Shown: positions 1 to 14,286 of the stretch, in pieces | How positions within the stretch are numbered: the stretch's first letter is position 1 | Layout: each line of letters starts with the position of its first letter | Source: Octopus sinensis | Lineage: Eukaryota | Direction of reading: 5' to 3' | NCBI RefSeq assembly: GCF_006345805.1 | Contig: NC_042997.1 | Coordinates: 14,074,001-14,138,000 of the forward strand | Length of the DNA: 64,000 bases | Program-made: the position numbers and the translations under genes | Notes under the pieces: generated by a model | The model's database searches: none | Told to the model about the DNA's origin: nothing | Seen by the model: only the letters and a program-made list of their open reading frames with translations

Positions 1-499
1 GTCACGTTAGTATTTTATTTCTTTATGGTTTTGCTGGTCACTTTCCATAACCTAAATTACTCATCGATTCCCTGAACTCATTTTCCAAGAGTTAACTGAG
101 ATTAAGTTAAAGTTTACTTCCTGATATTTGTGGACGATCAGTGTTGTAATAAAATGTATACTTTTCGAATGCGTAACATAGTGAATGTTTCCCGAGTTGC
201 GTGAATTTCATCATTATGTGTGCCTTTCTCGCCATGTTGAAAGTATCATATTCACAAAACCATTTGGGGATACACATAGAACTTCTCCCAATTAAGTGAA
301 ATAAATATATTGACCTGCAGTGCACGATATCAGCTATTTATGTTAACCTGTCCAAATATTATGAAAAGCACACAAGAATTGTAATACTATAGAGTATTAA
401 ATTGTTAAGGACGTTTTCCTCTTTGCCTTGAGCAAGTTTAGTTATTAGTTGTGTTGGTTTAGAAAAAGAAATGCTATAAGAGCAAGAATAAACAAACAA

Positions 500-1050
500 A
501 CGAATTTGCGATGCTTCCAGGTGTTTCAATCTTGTTTGCTACTGACAAAATAGTCTCGTGTTTGGAGCTGCGCTTAATCCCCTTCGGCGATTCATCAAAT
601 CCAATTTGAACCAAGAAATTTTCTCATTGTGGGAAATCTTTTAACTTCAATGAACTGCTTCTATAAATTAACCTTGCCGAAAGCCTTACTTCAGACTATT
701 TTTCGCTTTCGTTGAATAGATTGACATGAAGCCTCCGCTGCATTCTAGAAAGAATAGCAAGTGTATCGAATGTCTTTTCATTGTCTGAAAGATACATCAC
801 GAAACTTCAGGGAAATATGAGAGAAGTCTTTCTCCCTTCTGTCAATACTATTGAACAATAAGTTGGTTATATTAGAGAAAAAGTCATCCAGCTCTCTGAT
901 ATTAGGAAATCATGTCCGAGAAAATTTCCTGATTTGTTGATGTAGGCTTCAATTAAAAGTGGATTTTAGAATTGAAGAATATACATTACTGCTTTAAAGT
1001 TTGCACCTACAAGATTGTTAAAATAGCAGTGTCTACCCGATTTTCGGGTT
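500..1050 (-). pseudogene. Very old LINE RT relic (tentative)
   Basis: Minus-strand YLSDNEKTFDTL and GFRQG motifs occur in RT domain order, with stops. Confidence 0.3.
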
Positions 1051-1194
1051 TAAAACTAACCTTTATAAGCAAGTATTGAAGTAAAATCTTAACCGTTGAG
1101 AATGAATTTGGAATTTTGACAAACTATTTCTCTAATGAAAACTATCACTGGCGTCAGAGTATACAATACAAATAGTGTCTATCGGCATCCACAC

Positions 1195-1242
<48 letters not shown>

Positions 1243-1437
1243 TGCGTGTATATGAGCCAGTCTATAAGGCAATGCATGCTTGTGTGTCTTGGTGGCTTTT
1301 GCATGTAAGTGCATGCATACGCCGCTGTATTTGCAATTATACATGTTTTGAGAGTACAATATGTCGTTAAAGACAGATGCATGTATGTATATTCATGTAT
1401 GTGTCTATGTGTCTGTGTGTTTGTATGTATATATGTA

Positions 1438-1494
<57 letters not shown>

Positions 1495-1827
1495 CACACA
1501 ACACACACACATGTACATGTGTCTGTGTGGTGCGGTATCCGTATGTGTGCGCGCGCACGCGTGCGTGTTATAAGGTATATTATTGGGTATACACGAGGAT
1601 TTTAGCTTTTGCAGAGTTCACAAAATACATACATTTACTAGGTACATGAAATAGCTGGTAAGATTGTATAAACACGGCGAACGTTTGCCGTACATATCTA
1701 GCAAATTTATTAAATTTAAGAACGCAGTTATGACTAAAGTATTTGGGTATGCTGCATAATAATCTTTAGTATGAAAAGTAATCACTGCTGGTAGAATGCC
1801 TCACGATATTTGTCCCGACTTTGTTAC

Positions 1828-2055
1828 GGCGAGCTGGCAGAAACGTAAGCACGCCAGGCGAAATGCTTAGCGGTATTTCGTCTGCCGTTACGTTCTGAGT
1901 TCAAATTCCTCCGAGGTCAACTTTGCCTTTCATCCTTTCGGGGTCGATAAATTAAGTACCAGTTACACACTGGGATCGATGTAATCGACTTAATCTGTTT
2001 GTCTGTCCTTGTTTTTCTCCTCTGTGTTTAGCCCCTTGTAGGTAGTAAAGAAACA
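1828..2055 (+). mobile_element. SINE family C (ggcgagctggcagaaacg..ttcaaattc..ggggtcgataaa)
   Basis: Multi-copy in the window (36913, 60960, 43255, 45020, 45245, 29875). Confidence 0.85.
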
Positions 2056-2865
2056 GATATTTATCCCGACTGTTTGTGCTCTGAGTTTAAATCTTGCAGA
2101 TGACAACTTCAGCCTTAAATTTTTCGAAAACTGAACTGCAAAAGAAATGACTATTCTTCTCACGATGACGGTTTTTGTTTTCAGAATTTTCACATTCTTC
2201 AAATGTTTAAATTTGTTCAGAGCCAGTGTGTTCTGTTACTAACTTTCAAAATTCAACAGAAGCGTAAAGAGATTTGTTGACAACTCGGGGGCAATCAATT
2301 ATCAGGAGGTAGGACTTTGTAGTATAACTAATGAAGACGATCATCTTTTCTTCTGAAAGGGGTATAAACATTGATACATGAATATGTCAAATATGAGAGG
2401 TGGTATTGAAAAGGCCAGCACTGATTCTACGGCTGTATGTGAAGTATTCTCCGTGTATGTATGTGTGTGTACGTTTGTGTGTGTGTGTTTGTGTGTGTGT
2501 GTATGTGTGCATGTGTGTGTATGTGTGTGTGTGTGTGTGTTTGTTGCACGACCGACACCACCAAGAGTATATGATGGAACCTCGACGTATAGAGTGGTTT
2601 GACATGTTCAAAATAGTAACCTAATCCTCCTCAAATGACAACATCAACTCAAGATTACATCGAATAATTTAATAATGTGTGTGTGCGTGTGTGTGTGTGT
2701 GTGTGTTTCTGTGTGTATGTGTGTGAAGTCTCACAACTTATTGATCATACATCGTAAAGTTGTGCATGTTTGTTTGCATAGGGATGTCTGTGTGCATGCA
2801 TTCGTATAGAAATACGTGTTTGAATGTATAATGCGTGTTTTTAATGTAGGTGTGACAGGAGAAAG

Positions 2866-2896
<31 letters not shown>

Positions 2897-3409
2897 GCAG
2901 TGAAAAGTTCAAAAAAATTTCCTTGTTTGTCTTCCAAGAACCTAAAATCGGTTGACAACTTTTCTTCAAATGTCATTGAATATTTGAAAATAAAACTATG
3001 ATTGTCAAGCAAATAGATGGAATATCTTTAAGAAATAACATTAAAATAATGATTTGAGAAAGTACAGGGAACGTTAATGGTGAGAAAGATAATGACAACA
3101 TTATATATAGGGCTATTAATGTTATGTCGATAGGGATGGTATTGGTAGTGGTAGAGTGGCATTGGTGTAATAATGTTGTTGCTTCGGGTGTTGCTGTGCT
3201 CCAGTATGGCTGCAGTAAAATGACTGAAACAAGTAAAAGAATATAGGTATGTAATCGAAGACATTCAAATTGTAACATCGTCACAGTTTTAGCTAAGAGT
3301 AGTATAAGTCACTACTGAAACTATAGCCCAGCCGATCACTCTTTCTCTTTCAACAGTGAAGCAGTATAACGATGACAACCATTTATGAATGTTTGATATA
3401 TCTAATGAA

Positions 3410-3704
3410 CTTGCCCGTCAAAGGCGAGGTATGAGCGATCTGCTTTTGCCGAACGATCTGCACAAATGATTTTGTTTACAGTGGTCAAATGTTCGTGCCG
3501 CACCTTAGCTCAGTCTCTCCATCAAATCGACGTTGCCCGAACAGGTACACTGTGTGCCACGCGTCAAGTTTCAAACGTGATCGCAGAGCAACGTGAAATG
3601 AAATGTTTTGCTCAAGGACACAACGCACCACCCGACCTAGGAATTGAAATCTCGATCTCACGAACGTGAGTGCAACACCCTAACCACTAGGCCATGTGAC
3701 CTCT
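3410..3704 (-). mobile_element. tRNA-derived SINE, family D
   Basis: Minus-strand head catggcctagtggttagggtgttgcactc; homologous to 31332-31627. Confidence 0.75.
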
Positions 3705-4585
3705 GTCCCGGAGAAACATCACAAAACGGACTTGTGTAGAACAAGCACAGCTCTCTCAGAATGTATGTAGTAAGTGATCGTTAGATGTGGTGTGTCCACG
3801 TCATGTAGTTTCCTCAGTGATGAATGTATCAGAACATTCTGATCTCAACTGAAAAATATTCGTTCCGATATAGGAACTCAAATCAATACGTATTTGTTGA
3901 GTATAAAATTTGCTTTGGGTGATGACCAGTTCTGTGTCAATGATGAAATTGGGGAAATTGCCATGGCATTTTATCTTAGGTCAGTCGTTTTTGCCATTCA
4001 GCGTCTATGCTCCCGTCACCACAAGGTGAAGTTGCGGTGAGGTGCCGTTTATATCTCAGTGACTCTAAGACCTAGGTAATCGGAGTGCAAACGCTTAGTA
4101 GGGCTTCCCCTACTAAACAGAGCAAAAAATACAGGCCAGACTAAAATTGACCACCTCTTTCCATAAGTAAAAATGGGTTTGCATAGGGCTGACATAGGGC
4201 CAAATGGGTTTGCATCGGGCTTACCTACTAAAAAACAGCAAAGTTACAGAAGCATCGATGACTCTTCTAAACCAACAAGACCTAAGAAAGGGAAGTTTTT
4301 ATTTTAGTTAGACACGTGGGGCAGGGCTAAGAATGCAGGGATCAAAGTGGGAAGAAGCAGAAAAAACAACCTAAAATCGGAAAAAATAAAGAACAGTCGT
4401 TGATGGCCTCTGTTACAACAGAGCAATGGGCGTAAGTAAGTAAGAATATATACCTAAGAAGCAAGTAGGACAATATTAGACTTCATATCTTTCTCTTGAA
4501 CGATTATCTGGGAGTTAGAACATATCAACGATTATGCACTATCAACGTTGCACACAAAAGGAAGAGTGTACAGTGCAAAATGTGC

Positions 4586-4642
<57 letters not shown>

Positions 4643-4799
4643 AAAGGTATTGAAATCTAATATGCATGCCATTCTGCCTAAATAATGGATCTACGAATAC
4701 AATATCCCTGCATATCTCACATCTATTTTCATTCCTCCACCTCACTCTCTATTTCGTATCTTATCTAAATTAACTATTGCTTAACCATCTTCTCACACT

Positions 4800-4847
4800 G
4801 TCTCCGATGAAGGGATATAATAAATATCCTAAGAACAGCTGTAAGAC
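4800..4847 (+). ncRNA. Degenerate hammerhead motif in a PLE-like terminal repeat
   Basis: gtct-CCGATGA-a-gggatat..atatcct-aagaa-cagctg-TA-agac; helix III palindrome ACAGCTGT retained, core mutated. Confidence 0.45.
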
Positions 4848-4932
4848 CTATTTATAAATGCTCTAAAATCTACACAGCCTTGGTTTTTTATCTCATTACG
4901 GAAAAAATTTATATATAAATATATATATATAT

Positions 4933-5506
4933 AAGACAGAAAAGAGTGAAAAAAACTACAGAAGGCTTGTGTTATATGGTTAAAGAATATATTTAAATCG
5001 TTATGTTGGAAAAATGTTATAAAATTTTGTGTATAGTAACATAGTTTTGGGAAAAATAGCCGGTTTCGTATTTTCTTTTCAAATTTCTTTACTTATATCG
5101 TGTCATGTCTTCGCTATGTTGTGAATTATAGAGTTCCAGGCAGGGGAAGGTAATCGGAGATTTTTCCGGTATAAGGGAGATAATAAAAAATGTTGGGAAT
5201 GATTTGGTTTAGAAGGAATAGAATGTCACAAGTGATTAGGTTTTCCTTTATATTTTTTCAATGCGGTAAGTTTCCTTATTTAAAAATGTTAGGAACTCCA
5301 TATTTCACAACATAGCGAAGATATGACGCGATATCGGTACAGAAATTTCAGAAATTTGAAAAGAAAATACGAAAGCTGTTATTTCTCCCAAAACTGTGTT
5401 ACTATACGCAAAATTTTATAACATTTTTCTGACATAACGATTTAAATATATTCTTTAACCATATAACACAAGCCTTCTGTAAGTTTTTCATTCTTTTTTG
5501 TCTTTT
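4933..5506. mobile_element. Fold-back element or MITE with inverted arms of about 205 bp
   Basis: 4933-5137 is the imperfect reverse complement of 5292-5504; spacer about 154 bp; TA-rich flanks. Confidence 0.8.
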
Positions 5507-5604
5507 ATACATACAACCACGTGCTTTCATACACACACACACACACATATATATACACAATATATATATATATATACACACATACACATATATATATATA
5601 TATA

Positions 5605-5646
5605 TAGGTAGGTAGGTAGGTAGGTAGGTAGGTAGGTAGGTAGGTA
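5605..5646. repeat. (TAGG)n microsatellite
   Basis: Direct reading. Confidence 0.95.
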
Positions 5647-5904
5647 GAGAGTAATTTTAAAACATCACGAAGGATAATTTATAAATAATTAAGATTATTT
5701 ATGAATATATCAATGGCCAAACATGTTATCATAAAATATGATATATATCTTTATAACTAAGAGGGTTAAAAATCCTTACATGTTAAAAATAGCTGTCAAA
5801 ACCGCTATAAAGCCATTATATCACTCATATCATTTCTCCTCACGATAAAACTGTCCTCGAGCCACATGGCAAATAGAATCCGCAACTTGAAAATAATTGG
5901 TTAA

Positions 5905-5966
5905 TTCCCTATTGCAATTTCGGCGTTAGGGACCACTTACGGGACCCATTCGCCTCGTCAGGGGAA
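5905..5966 (-). ncRNA. Minimal type I hammerhead ribozyme motif, intact core
   Basis: Minus strand: ttccc-CTGACGA-ggcg..cgcc-GAAA-ttgcaa-TA-gggaa; helix III is the palindrome ATTGCAAT. Confidence 0.8.
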
Positions 5967-6296
5967 ATATTCCTATGGATAGAAATCAAGACAAGATTTT
6001 ACCTTCGGGCTAGTATGAATCCCGACCGGCAATAAAAATGTTTTCACCTCTATCTACACAATCAAGTTTTGAATTCAAATGCCATGCACAGCGTTTATGT
6101 GTTAAGACCGGTAAGCTCTAGCCACGGCAAAATCACCAGATATGAGTTAGGAAAATAAAATAAGTAGAGAGTAATGTAAAAACATTACGAAGGATATATT
6201 ATACAGAGAGACAGAGAGAGACAGACAGACAGACATACGATGTATATGTGTGTGTGTGTGTGTGTGTATGAGAGAGAGAGAGTGCTGTGTGAGTGT

Positions 6297-6560
<264 letters not shown>

Positions 6561-6894
6561 GCGTAGACACAAAAATACACTTGTAGATATCTATATGTAA
6601 GTGTGTGTTTGTTTTCGTCCTGTTTCCCTGTATGTGTCCACTGTCCTGTTTTTGTTCCTAACTTTGACCCTCCATAAATCCCAAATTTTATTTTGGTATT
6701 TATGGGAGCAACTATCTTCGAAGACTCATATTGTCGTTGACTGCTCGAAATGGGGAGTAGATAGACAGCCGACAAGTGATGAAGAGTCATTCTTTGTATT
6801 GCTTGTCCTTTCTTACTCTCGTTATTTGCATATTTAACTCATTTGTTTGCGTATTTCATGTTGTTTACTCTTGGTGACATCCTGTACCCACATA

Positions 6895-6943
<49 letters not shown>

Positions 6944-6981
6944 CACACACATATTATTTATATACATACATACATACATAT

Positions 6982-7013
<32 letters not shown>

Positions 7014-8930
7014 CACACATATCATAACAGAGCCGACTCCAGGTCATCACTTCACTCGGACTCATCACAGATTTCGTATAAGACACATGCCAGCTCGAAG
7101 AATTTTATGTTTTTCCGCAATATTTCTAGCCCCAAATGGCTTATTTTTTATATCTAGTACTATGTCTTTCTCCATTTCTAATTGAAAGGTAAAAATAAAG
7201 CAACATAATAAAACACAACCGATCTTTACACGCAGTCACACAGAACACCAATCAAATGACGACGGCAGGGTGCACAGCAAATATCACCAATCTGACTGTT
7301 GCCTGTACTCTTGACAAGAGATGCCAGTTAGTCTTTTACACCTACCAGGCTCGTTCGTATTAAGCTGAGTTGTTGAATAATCTTCCGCTCATTTAAGAAT
7401 ATTGTAGAACGGAAACTTTTCATAGATTGGAATTTATATCCTAATCTCTATAGAAATTTATTGTTTCAAGAAAACATTGAATTTGAATTACTTTAAATTT
7501 TTGCGATTATAGATAACAACTCGGGCTGTAACTTCTGAGCCCGAGTCAGGCGTGTGAACAATGTCGAGAAAATGTCTGCTACGAATGATATTTTTTGACA
7601 CGGGTCCTCTAAGACGACCGCCAGACGCTGAACAGAAGTAAATGAGCTGCGACCAGGCTCAATAAAAGGAGCCCGAATTATTAGCCGAATTATTAGTGTT
7701 GGCAGAAATTAAATCAGCTTGCAAATACACGTTCACTTTATTAAAATTTATACTCGGGCAGAACCCAAACAGCCCGAGTGCGGAGTCACCGCTGAATCGT
7801 ATATATATTCATACGTGCATAGCTACGAAATATAAACTATCATTTTTTGTATGCATATGTGCATATATGTGTGTGCGCGTGTACAATATATATGTATATA
7901 TATGTGTGTGAGCCAGCATGTATGTATATGCACGTGTGTGCAAGTGGTTTTTATATATCTGTACGCATATAATTCTCTTTCTTTCTCATACCACTCTCCT
8001 TCGCTATTCCTCTCCCTCTCCTTTCTCACACGCAAACACACAAGCACGCAAACACACAAGCACGCACACTCACACGTGCAACAACACATACACACACATG
8101 CACAGAGGCACACACACACCACACACACACATATATGTACACACACATTCAAGCACACGTTCATACACATAGGCTTCCACATACACACATACACACACTT
8201 TTTTTCCTTCCTTGACTTACATTACCAAAGTGCAGAATCACAATCTCACAATGAAACAATCACGATGGTTCGTGATCGAATTATTCTTTGAGGCTTATCA
8301 GCTTATCGATATCCAGGAGATGGAAATAGGCATAAAACTTTGTTCTTGCTGAAATATCAATCGCTTCAACGAAAATTTCCCTAGGGGTAATTTCAGTCGG
8401 CATTGCTATATAGTGCAGACTTCTAGACTACATCTCTCCACAGAAGCGCATACAGCAGCAGCAATAATAACTCAAACAAATGTAGCAGTAGGAATATCTT
8501 CCACATCATCCTCATCTGAAACAACAGAAGAAGGAACCACATCTGCAGACCTCGAAATACTTTTCTAACATTATTTACGTTAAAGATAACAAGTTTGCTT
8601 CGTTTTTGATGCATCTACGTATACATACATACATACATACATACATACATTCATATATACATACATACATACATACACACATGCATACACACATATGTAT
8701 GTATGTAGGTATGGATGTATGCATGTATGTATATATGTATGTATGCACCAATGAATGCATGCAGGTTAGTAATGATTATATATATATATGTGTGTGCGTG
8801 TGTGTGTGTATAAATATATATTTGTACACAAATATATGTAGATATATATATACGTATATATTATATATATATATGATTGTATACATATACGTACTTGAAA
8901 AGTTAAAAACATATATACATATGTGTATGC

Positions 8931-8971
<41 letters not shown>

Positions 8972-9226
8972 GAACAAAAGGAGAGATGCTTTGTGAACTC
9001 TAATCATGATAAAACTAGGAAAATACATTGTTATCAAAATACGCAACCGGTTACAATTGTTTTCGAGAATTATTTCATAAAATAAGAAAAGGTAAAATAA
9101 AGTCGATTAAATCAAATTAATCTTAAGTGAGAACAGTTTTAAACGTTTACGTATTTTTCATTAAAACTTCACAAGGTGGTGGGTGTTGATTTCCCTCCGA
9201 CGTATGCCTTGTCATAAAGTAGTAGT

Positions 9227-9611
9227 GATGGAAGCACTCCGTCGGTTACGACGATGAGGGTTCCGGTTGATCCGACCAACGGAACAGCTGCTCGTGAAAT
9301 TAACGTGTAAGTGGCTGAGCACTCCACAGACACGTGTACCCTTAATGTAGTTCTCGGGGATATTCAGCGTGACACAGAGAGTGACAAGGCCGGCCCTTTG
9401 AAATAACAGGTCCAACAGAAACAGGAAGAAAGAGGTAGAGAAAGTTGTGTCGAAAGAGTACAGCAGGGATCACCACCAGCCCTGCCGGAGCCTCGTGGAG
9501 CTTTAGGTGTTTTCGCTCAATAAACACTCACAACGCCCGGTCTGGGAATCGAAACCGCGATCCTACGACCACGAGTCCTCTGCCCTAACCACTGGGCCAT
9601 TGCGCCTCCAC
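9227..9611 (-). mobile_element. tRNA-derived SINE, family A, with a 12-bp target-site duplication
   Basis: Head TGGCCCAGTGGTTAGGGC..GTTTCGATTCCC (pol III A and B boxes); TSD taaagtagtagt at 9215-9226 and 9612-9623. Confidence 0.9.
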
Positions 9612-10889
9612 TAAAGTAGTAGTAACAACTTTAACACAAGTAGTGATTTATTGCTCCATTTTGTAGCAGCAGTAACAGAGAGTTATTTTTTCTTAACACT
9701 GTTGATGTTAAGGAGTGTTTCGTAATAGTGGGTGTAGTCGTAAGGTGATTGTAAAAGTAGTAGCAACAGCAATGATAGAGGTCATTGTAGTAGTGATGGC
9801 TGTACTGGCCTCTATTGCAGAAGTGTCAACATAGCAGCTTAAGTAGTAGTTGTAGAGACGGAAATTGTAGAATCTGTAGATGTAGAAGTAGTTTCTCTTT
9901 TTCAGTAACAGGTGTTGGAGCACTTACCATAGCAGCGGTAGTATTAGCTGCAAATGCAGTAGTATTGTAGTGGTAGGAGCAGCTGCAGTTCTCATACAGA
10001 CTGGTACACAAGCGCACGCGTGCACACACACACAAATTGTCACAGTTCTTGTCTGAAGATTGCAATAGCATGAAATTCGATTTGTTGAGATAAACATTCA
10101 GTTGTAATAAACTATGCTTATATGTCTGTCTGTGTATTTATGTATGCATGTATGTATCATGCATACATGTTCCATGTATGTAGTTGTATAAAATAAAATA
10201 AAAACTAAATTCCCTGTGATATAAGCAATCCGTAGGACAGGCCACGTGTGGTTGTCTCCGTATTTCAACCTCCAGTGTGAAAACATCTAATAAGAGGCAT
10301 CAGTTGTAGAAATAGCATGAGTGGTAATAAAAGAAAACGAGTGTAGAGGAAATGATTACAAGTTTCAGTGGATTTGATCATTAATTATAATTGTAAATGA
10401 GATTAATTAAGAGTAGCATAGAGATAGCAAAATTGAGAGAGAGAGTGTAATTCATTGTTAACAAGACCAAGCAGGCAAAAAAAATGTTATTAGCATAAGA
10501 ATGAGCTCTTTGCTAAACTAATGATCGAATATATATTCTAGGTATATACAATGTACGAAATATTTAAAACTCTCATTAACAATATTATTGCTCGCTTATT
10601 ACTCTGATTAATGATGATCCTTTCTGAAAATTAACCATTTTCAAGTGTATCGACTTTCTTCATTGGGATATTGCTTTTGAGTTTTCTCCAACTTACAGTT
10701 GAGAAAACAAACTTACAGTTAGTTTTGGTAGCGTGGAAACGTCGTATGGCAACGTCAGTGTGTATATAGAAAAAATAAGCAACGCTTTCACACAGGCGAT
10801 GCATATAATATATTGTACACACATTTCCATTAGAAACAGGGATCCCTGTCCAGAGAAAAAAAATGTAAAATATGTATGTTTAAGTTTCC

Positions 10890-11060
10890 TTGTGCTATTG
10901 CGCTTCGGCGTCCCACAAAACAATATCAGGTCTGTTATGTTTGCACCAAACTGCATTTTTTATTGGAGTGCTCCAACAGAAATTCTTGTTTTTAAAGGTG
11001 TGAATACATGCTGGTTCTGGCATGCCTTTGATGTATACGTCAAGGCAATTGTTCCTGCAG
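10890..11060 (-). pseudogene. R4-clade REL endonuclease relic
   Basis: Minus-strand peptide FCWSTPIKNAVWCKHNRPDIVLWD; NRPDIV is the REL PD motif. Confidence 0.65.
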
Positions 11061-12439
11061 ATAACGTTGTAAATACTATGTACGTACGTACGTATGTATG
11101 TATGTATGTACGTATGCACGCATGCACTTATGTGTGTGCATATGCAGACGCATGCATTTATGTGTCTGCATATGCATAAACATAAATATACAGAGAGACA
11201 AACAGACAGAGACAAACAGACAGAGACACAGAGAGCCGTGTATAAATGAAACTTTCTAAATTCTATGTGTAACTGAATCTTTAAATCAAGTTTCTGTGAG
11301 CTTTACAAACAACCTCAAATATTAATGCTGATTACTACAAGCCTAAGTTGATGCATTTAATACTGGTCTTATCATCATCATTACATTGAATCAACGAAAA
11401 GAATGCTTCTGGCGCATTTCATATGGACTAAAAAACATCTTTTATAATCTTTAGTCATAACAAAAGGCATAGCATCCACTTCATAAACGATGTTTTGCAA
11501 ACTATTATATTATTTATCAGACGCTAATAACGAAAGTTCATAATCGAATTTTCATCTTCTCCGAAGGTAATTTTCCAAAATAAAGTTTGAGTAAACTTTT
11601 TTTTCCTTTTTATTATTTTACAGAATAAAGATCAATAGAAAAATAAACTCTTTCAAATGTGTGCTAAAACATATGATTCTATAGCAATATTTCAGGATAT
11701 ATGTGTCTATATTTGAATACATATTTGCACATATATCGTGAAATATGAATTAGTGTATGTGTGTGTGTGTGTGTATGTATGTAGTATGTATGTATGTATG
11801 TAGTATGTATGTATGTGTGTGTATGTATGCATGCATGCATACATGTATGTATGTATGTATGTATGTATGCATGCATGCATGTATGTATGTATGTATGTAT
11901 GTATGTATGTATGTATGTATGTATGTGTGTATATATTACAATATATTTATACATGCACATAGCATATGTGGATATATCCAAGGCTCATATTTGACTCTAA
12001 AAGATCGCAACATAAATTTACTAAGTACACGTCCAATATACCTATTGGCTACTCTAAAATTGACCGTGTGATTCTCACCAAAACCTGTACTAGACTAAAT
12101 TATAGTAAAAAGGAAACAAATATCACTACTAACTATGGAATAATTTCAGTTTCATGATTAAAATGAATGTTGGGATATTTTTTCCATCTGAATATGCCAC
12201 GTGAGTAACCAAGTACATACTCATTCATTACAGAATAAGGTTTACTAGTCTATTTCTACCTTATCAACGCTATGGAAATTGAGCTACTATAAAAGGCTAT
12301 AAAAATAATGTTACTCTGCAACGATGCATTTTGGATTAAAAGATGAAGACAGGAAACTACTTGACCCCAACATATTCACAAAGGATTCTGTGTTGGCCCA
12401 CACATTTTTAAATCGATGCATGACTAGTTCTCCCATTAT

Positions 12440-12822
12440 GGAAGCACAATGGCCCAGTGGTTAGGGCAGCGGACTCGTGGTCATAGGATCGCAGTTTCGA
12501 TTCCCAGACCGGGCGTTGTGAGTGTTTATTGAGCGAAAATACCTAAAAGCTCCACGAGGCTCCGGCAGGGGATGGTGGTGATCCCTGCTGTACTCTTTCA
12601 CCACAACTTTCTCTCACTCTTACTTCCTGTTTCTGTTGTACCTGCATTTCAAGGGGCCGGCCTTGTCACTCTCTGTGTCACGCTGAATATTCCCGAGAAC
12701 TACGTTAAGGGTGCACGTGTCTGTGGAGTGCTCAGCCACTTACACGTTAATTTCACGAGCAGGTTGTTCCGATGATCCGGATCAACCGGAACCCTCATCG
12801 TCGTAACCGACGGAGTGCTTCC
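12440..12822 (+). mobile_element. tRNA-derived SINE, family A
   Basis: Homologous to 9227-9611; 10-bp direct repeat tagttctccc at 12425-12434 and 12824-12833. Confidence 0.9.
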
Positions 12823-12849
12823 ATAGTTCTCCCCGTGCGCTTCTAGAAA

Positions 12850-13378
12850 CATGTTACTCAGTTTGGAATAAGAATTGGCCCTTTCTCATTTTTTTTATGA
12901 GGAATACCGAATACCTTCATGCACTACCTGCCTGATAAGAAAATCAGACAGTCCCATTTCCCTGGCGATGGACCTGATTGACTTCGAGGAAACATTGTCA
13001 ATCATAGCCTGGATCTCACCAACAAATTCAGGAGTTATTTTCTTAACAAAACGATCAGAGTGAGTTTCCCAAGCTGCCGTACATTCGTAATCGTCATTAG
13101 ACTCATCTAACTCTTTCTGAATCCTCTATATACTGTCCTCAGATTGACAACCAAACACTCTGAAATGTTCATACTGGAGCCTTCCGACGCGAATGCCAAG
13201 CAGTACAGCATGTTGTTTCCAAATATCTGGCAGAGAAAATTGCTGTCATGGAGCTGCTTCTCTCACAAACGATGCCCAAGTGATCCTACTGTACTGCATA
13301 GTTGACAAGATCAAAAAAAAAATCGATGCGCATTCGTGAAATTAAAAATATTAAATGGCGACAATTTACCCATCGCCC
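12850..13378 (-). mobile_element. Tc1/mariner-superfamily 5' fragment (transposase helix-turn-helix region)
   Basis: ITPEFVGEIQAMIDNVSSKSIRSIAREMGLSDFLIRQVVHEGIRYSS*KMRKGQFL, and HAVLLGIR..NISECLVVNLRTV. Confidence 0.75.
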
Positions 13379-13414
<36 letters not shown>

Positions 13415-13428
13415 CACACACACACACA

Positions 13429-13516
<88 letters not shown>

Positions 13517-13682
13517 TATATATTATATATATATATATATGCAGCATGGATTTTTGTCAGTGAACAGGTCGCGGATTTTAGCGACGAAAATATTTTGACA
13601 AATTAATCTTAAATGTTGAAGTGAATCGAACGGCTTTTGTGTGTTTCTTAAATGGCTTACAAACACCTTCCACGCTGCAATT

Positions 13683-13718
<36 letters not shown>

Positions 13719-14286
13719 GAAATATGTTTCAAAAAGAAAATAGAAACTACACGTGGAAAAGATATGGGGAAAGTAACAAGAAAAAAAGCGAAAATACACA
13801 TTGGATATCAAAAAAATTAAAGGCTTTTTTATGAAAAGTAGCGATAAATAAATACAATTAGATGAACTGAGGTAGAATTAAGAGGAATTAAATTCATTAC
13901 TTTGAATTGTTAAAGAGATTCAAAGTCAAACCGGTATCGTCATTGCTGTTCACTGGCTTTGAATGCGCAGCGATTATCAAATATATATATTTATAAGATT
14001 CCGTTCAATTAAGTACTTAAACTGAGGCATCTTGTCAGGTCGGTATAATCCGCACGCCCAAACAATATTAATTAAATACTGAGTATCAAAACACTGTGCA
14101 GAGGTGTTTGCACTTGATATTCCTGCCGTGTGTGCTGACAACGCAACCCAACTGAGTGAAGATATCTGCTCTTGGTAGTGCAGACATATGCTTTATATAA
14201 AGGTGCTTTCTGTAGTATTTCCGAAGTGCAAATTCCAAGGTAGGTGAATAAAATATAAATGAGTAACGAAGACGTACAAGTGTTAA

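Noticed and set aside
3815-3852. C/D box snoRNA (GTGATGA..CTGA)
   Set aside because: Only about 40 nt, with no convincing terminal stem or guide; such boxes arise by chance.
9700-10000. Mucin-like Thr/Ser/Ala-rich exon on the minus strand
   Set aside because: Degenerate trinucleotide sequence with stops and frameshifts and no good acceptor.
10051-10085. CTGAAGA-ttgc-aata-gcat-GAAA hammerhead-like string
   Set aside because: No helix I pairing; could be chance or too decayed to call.
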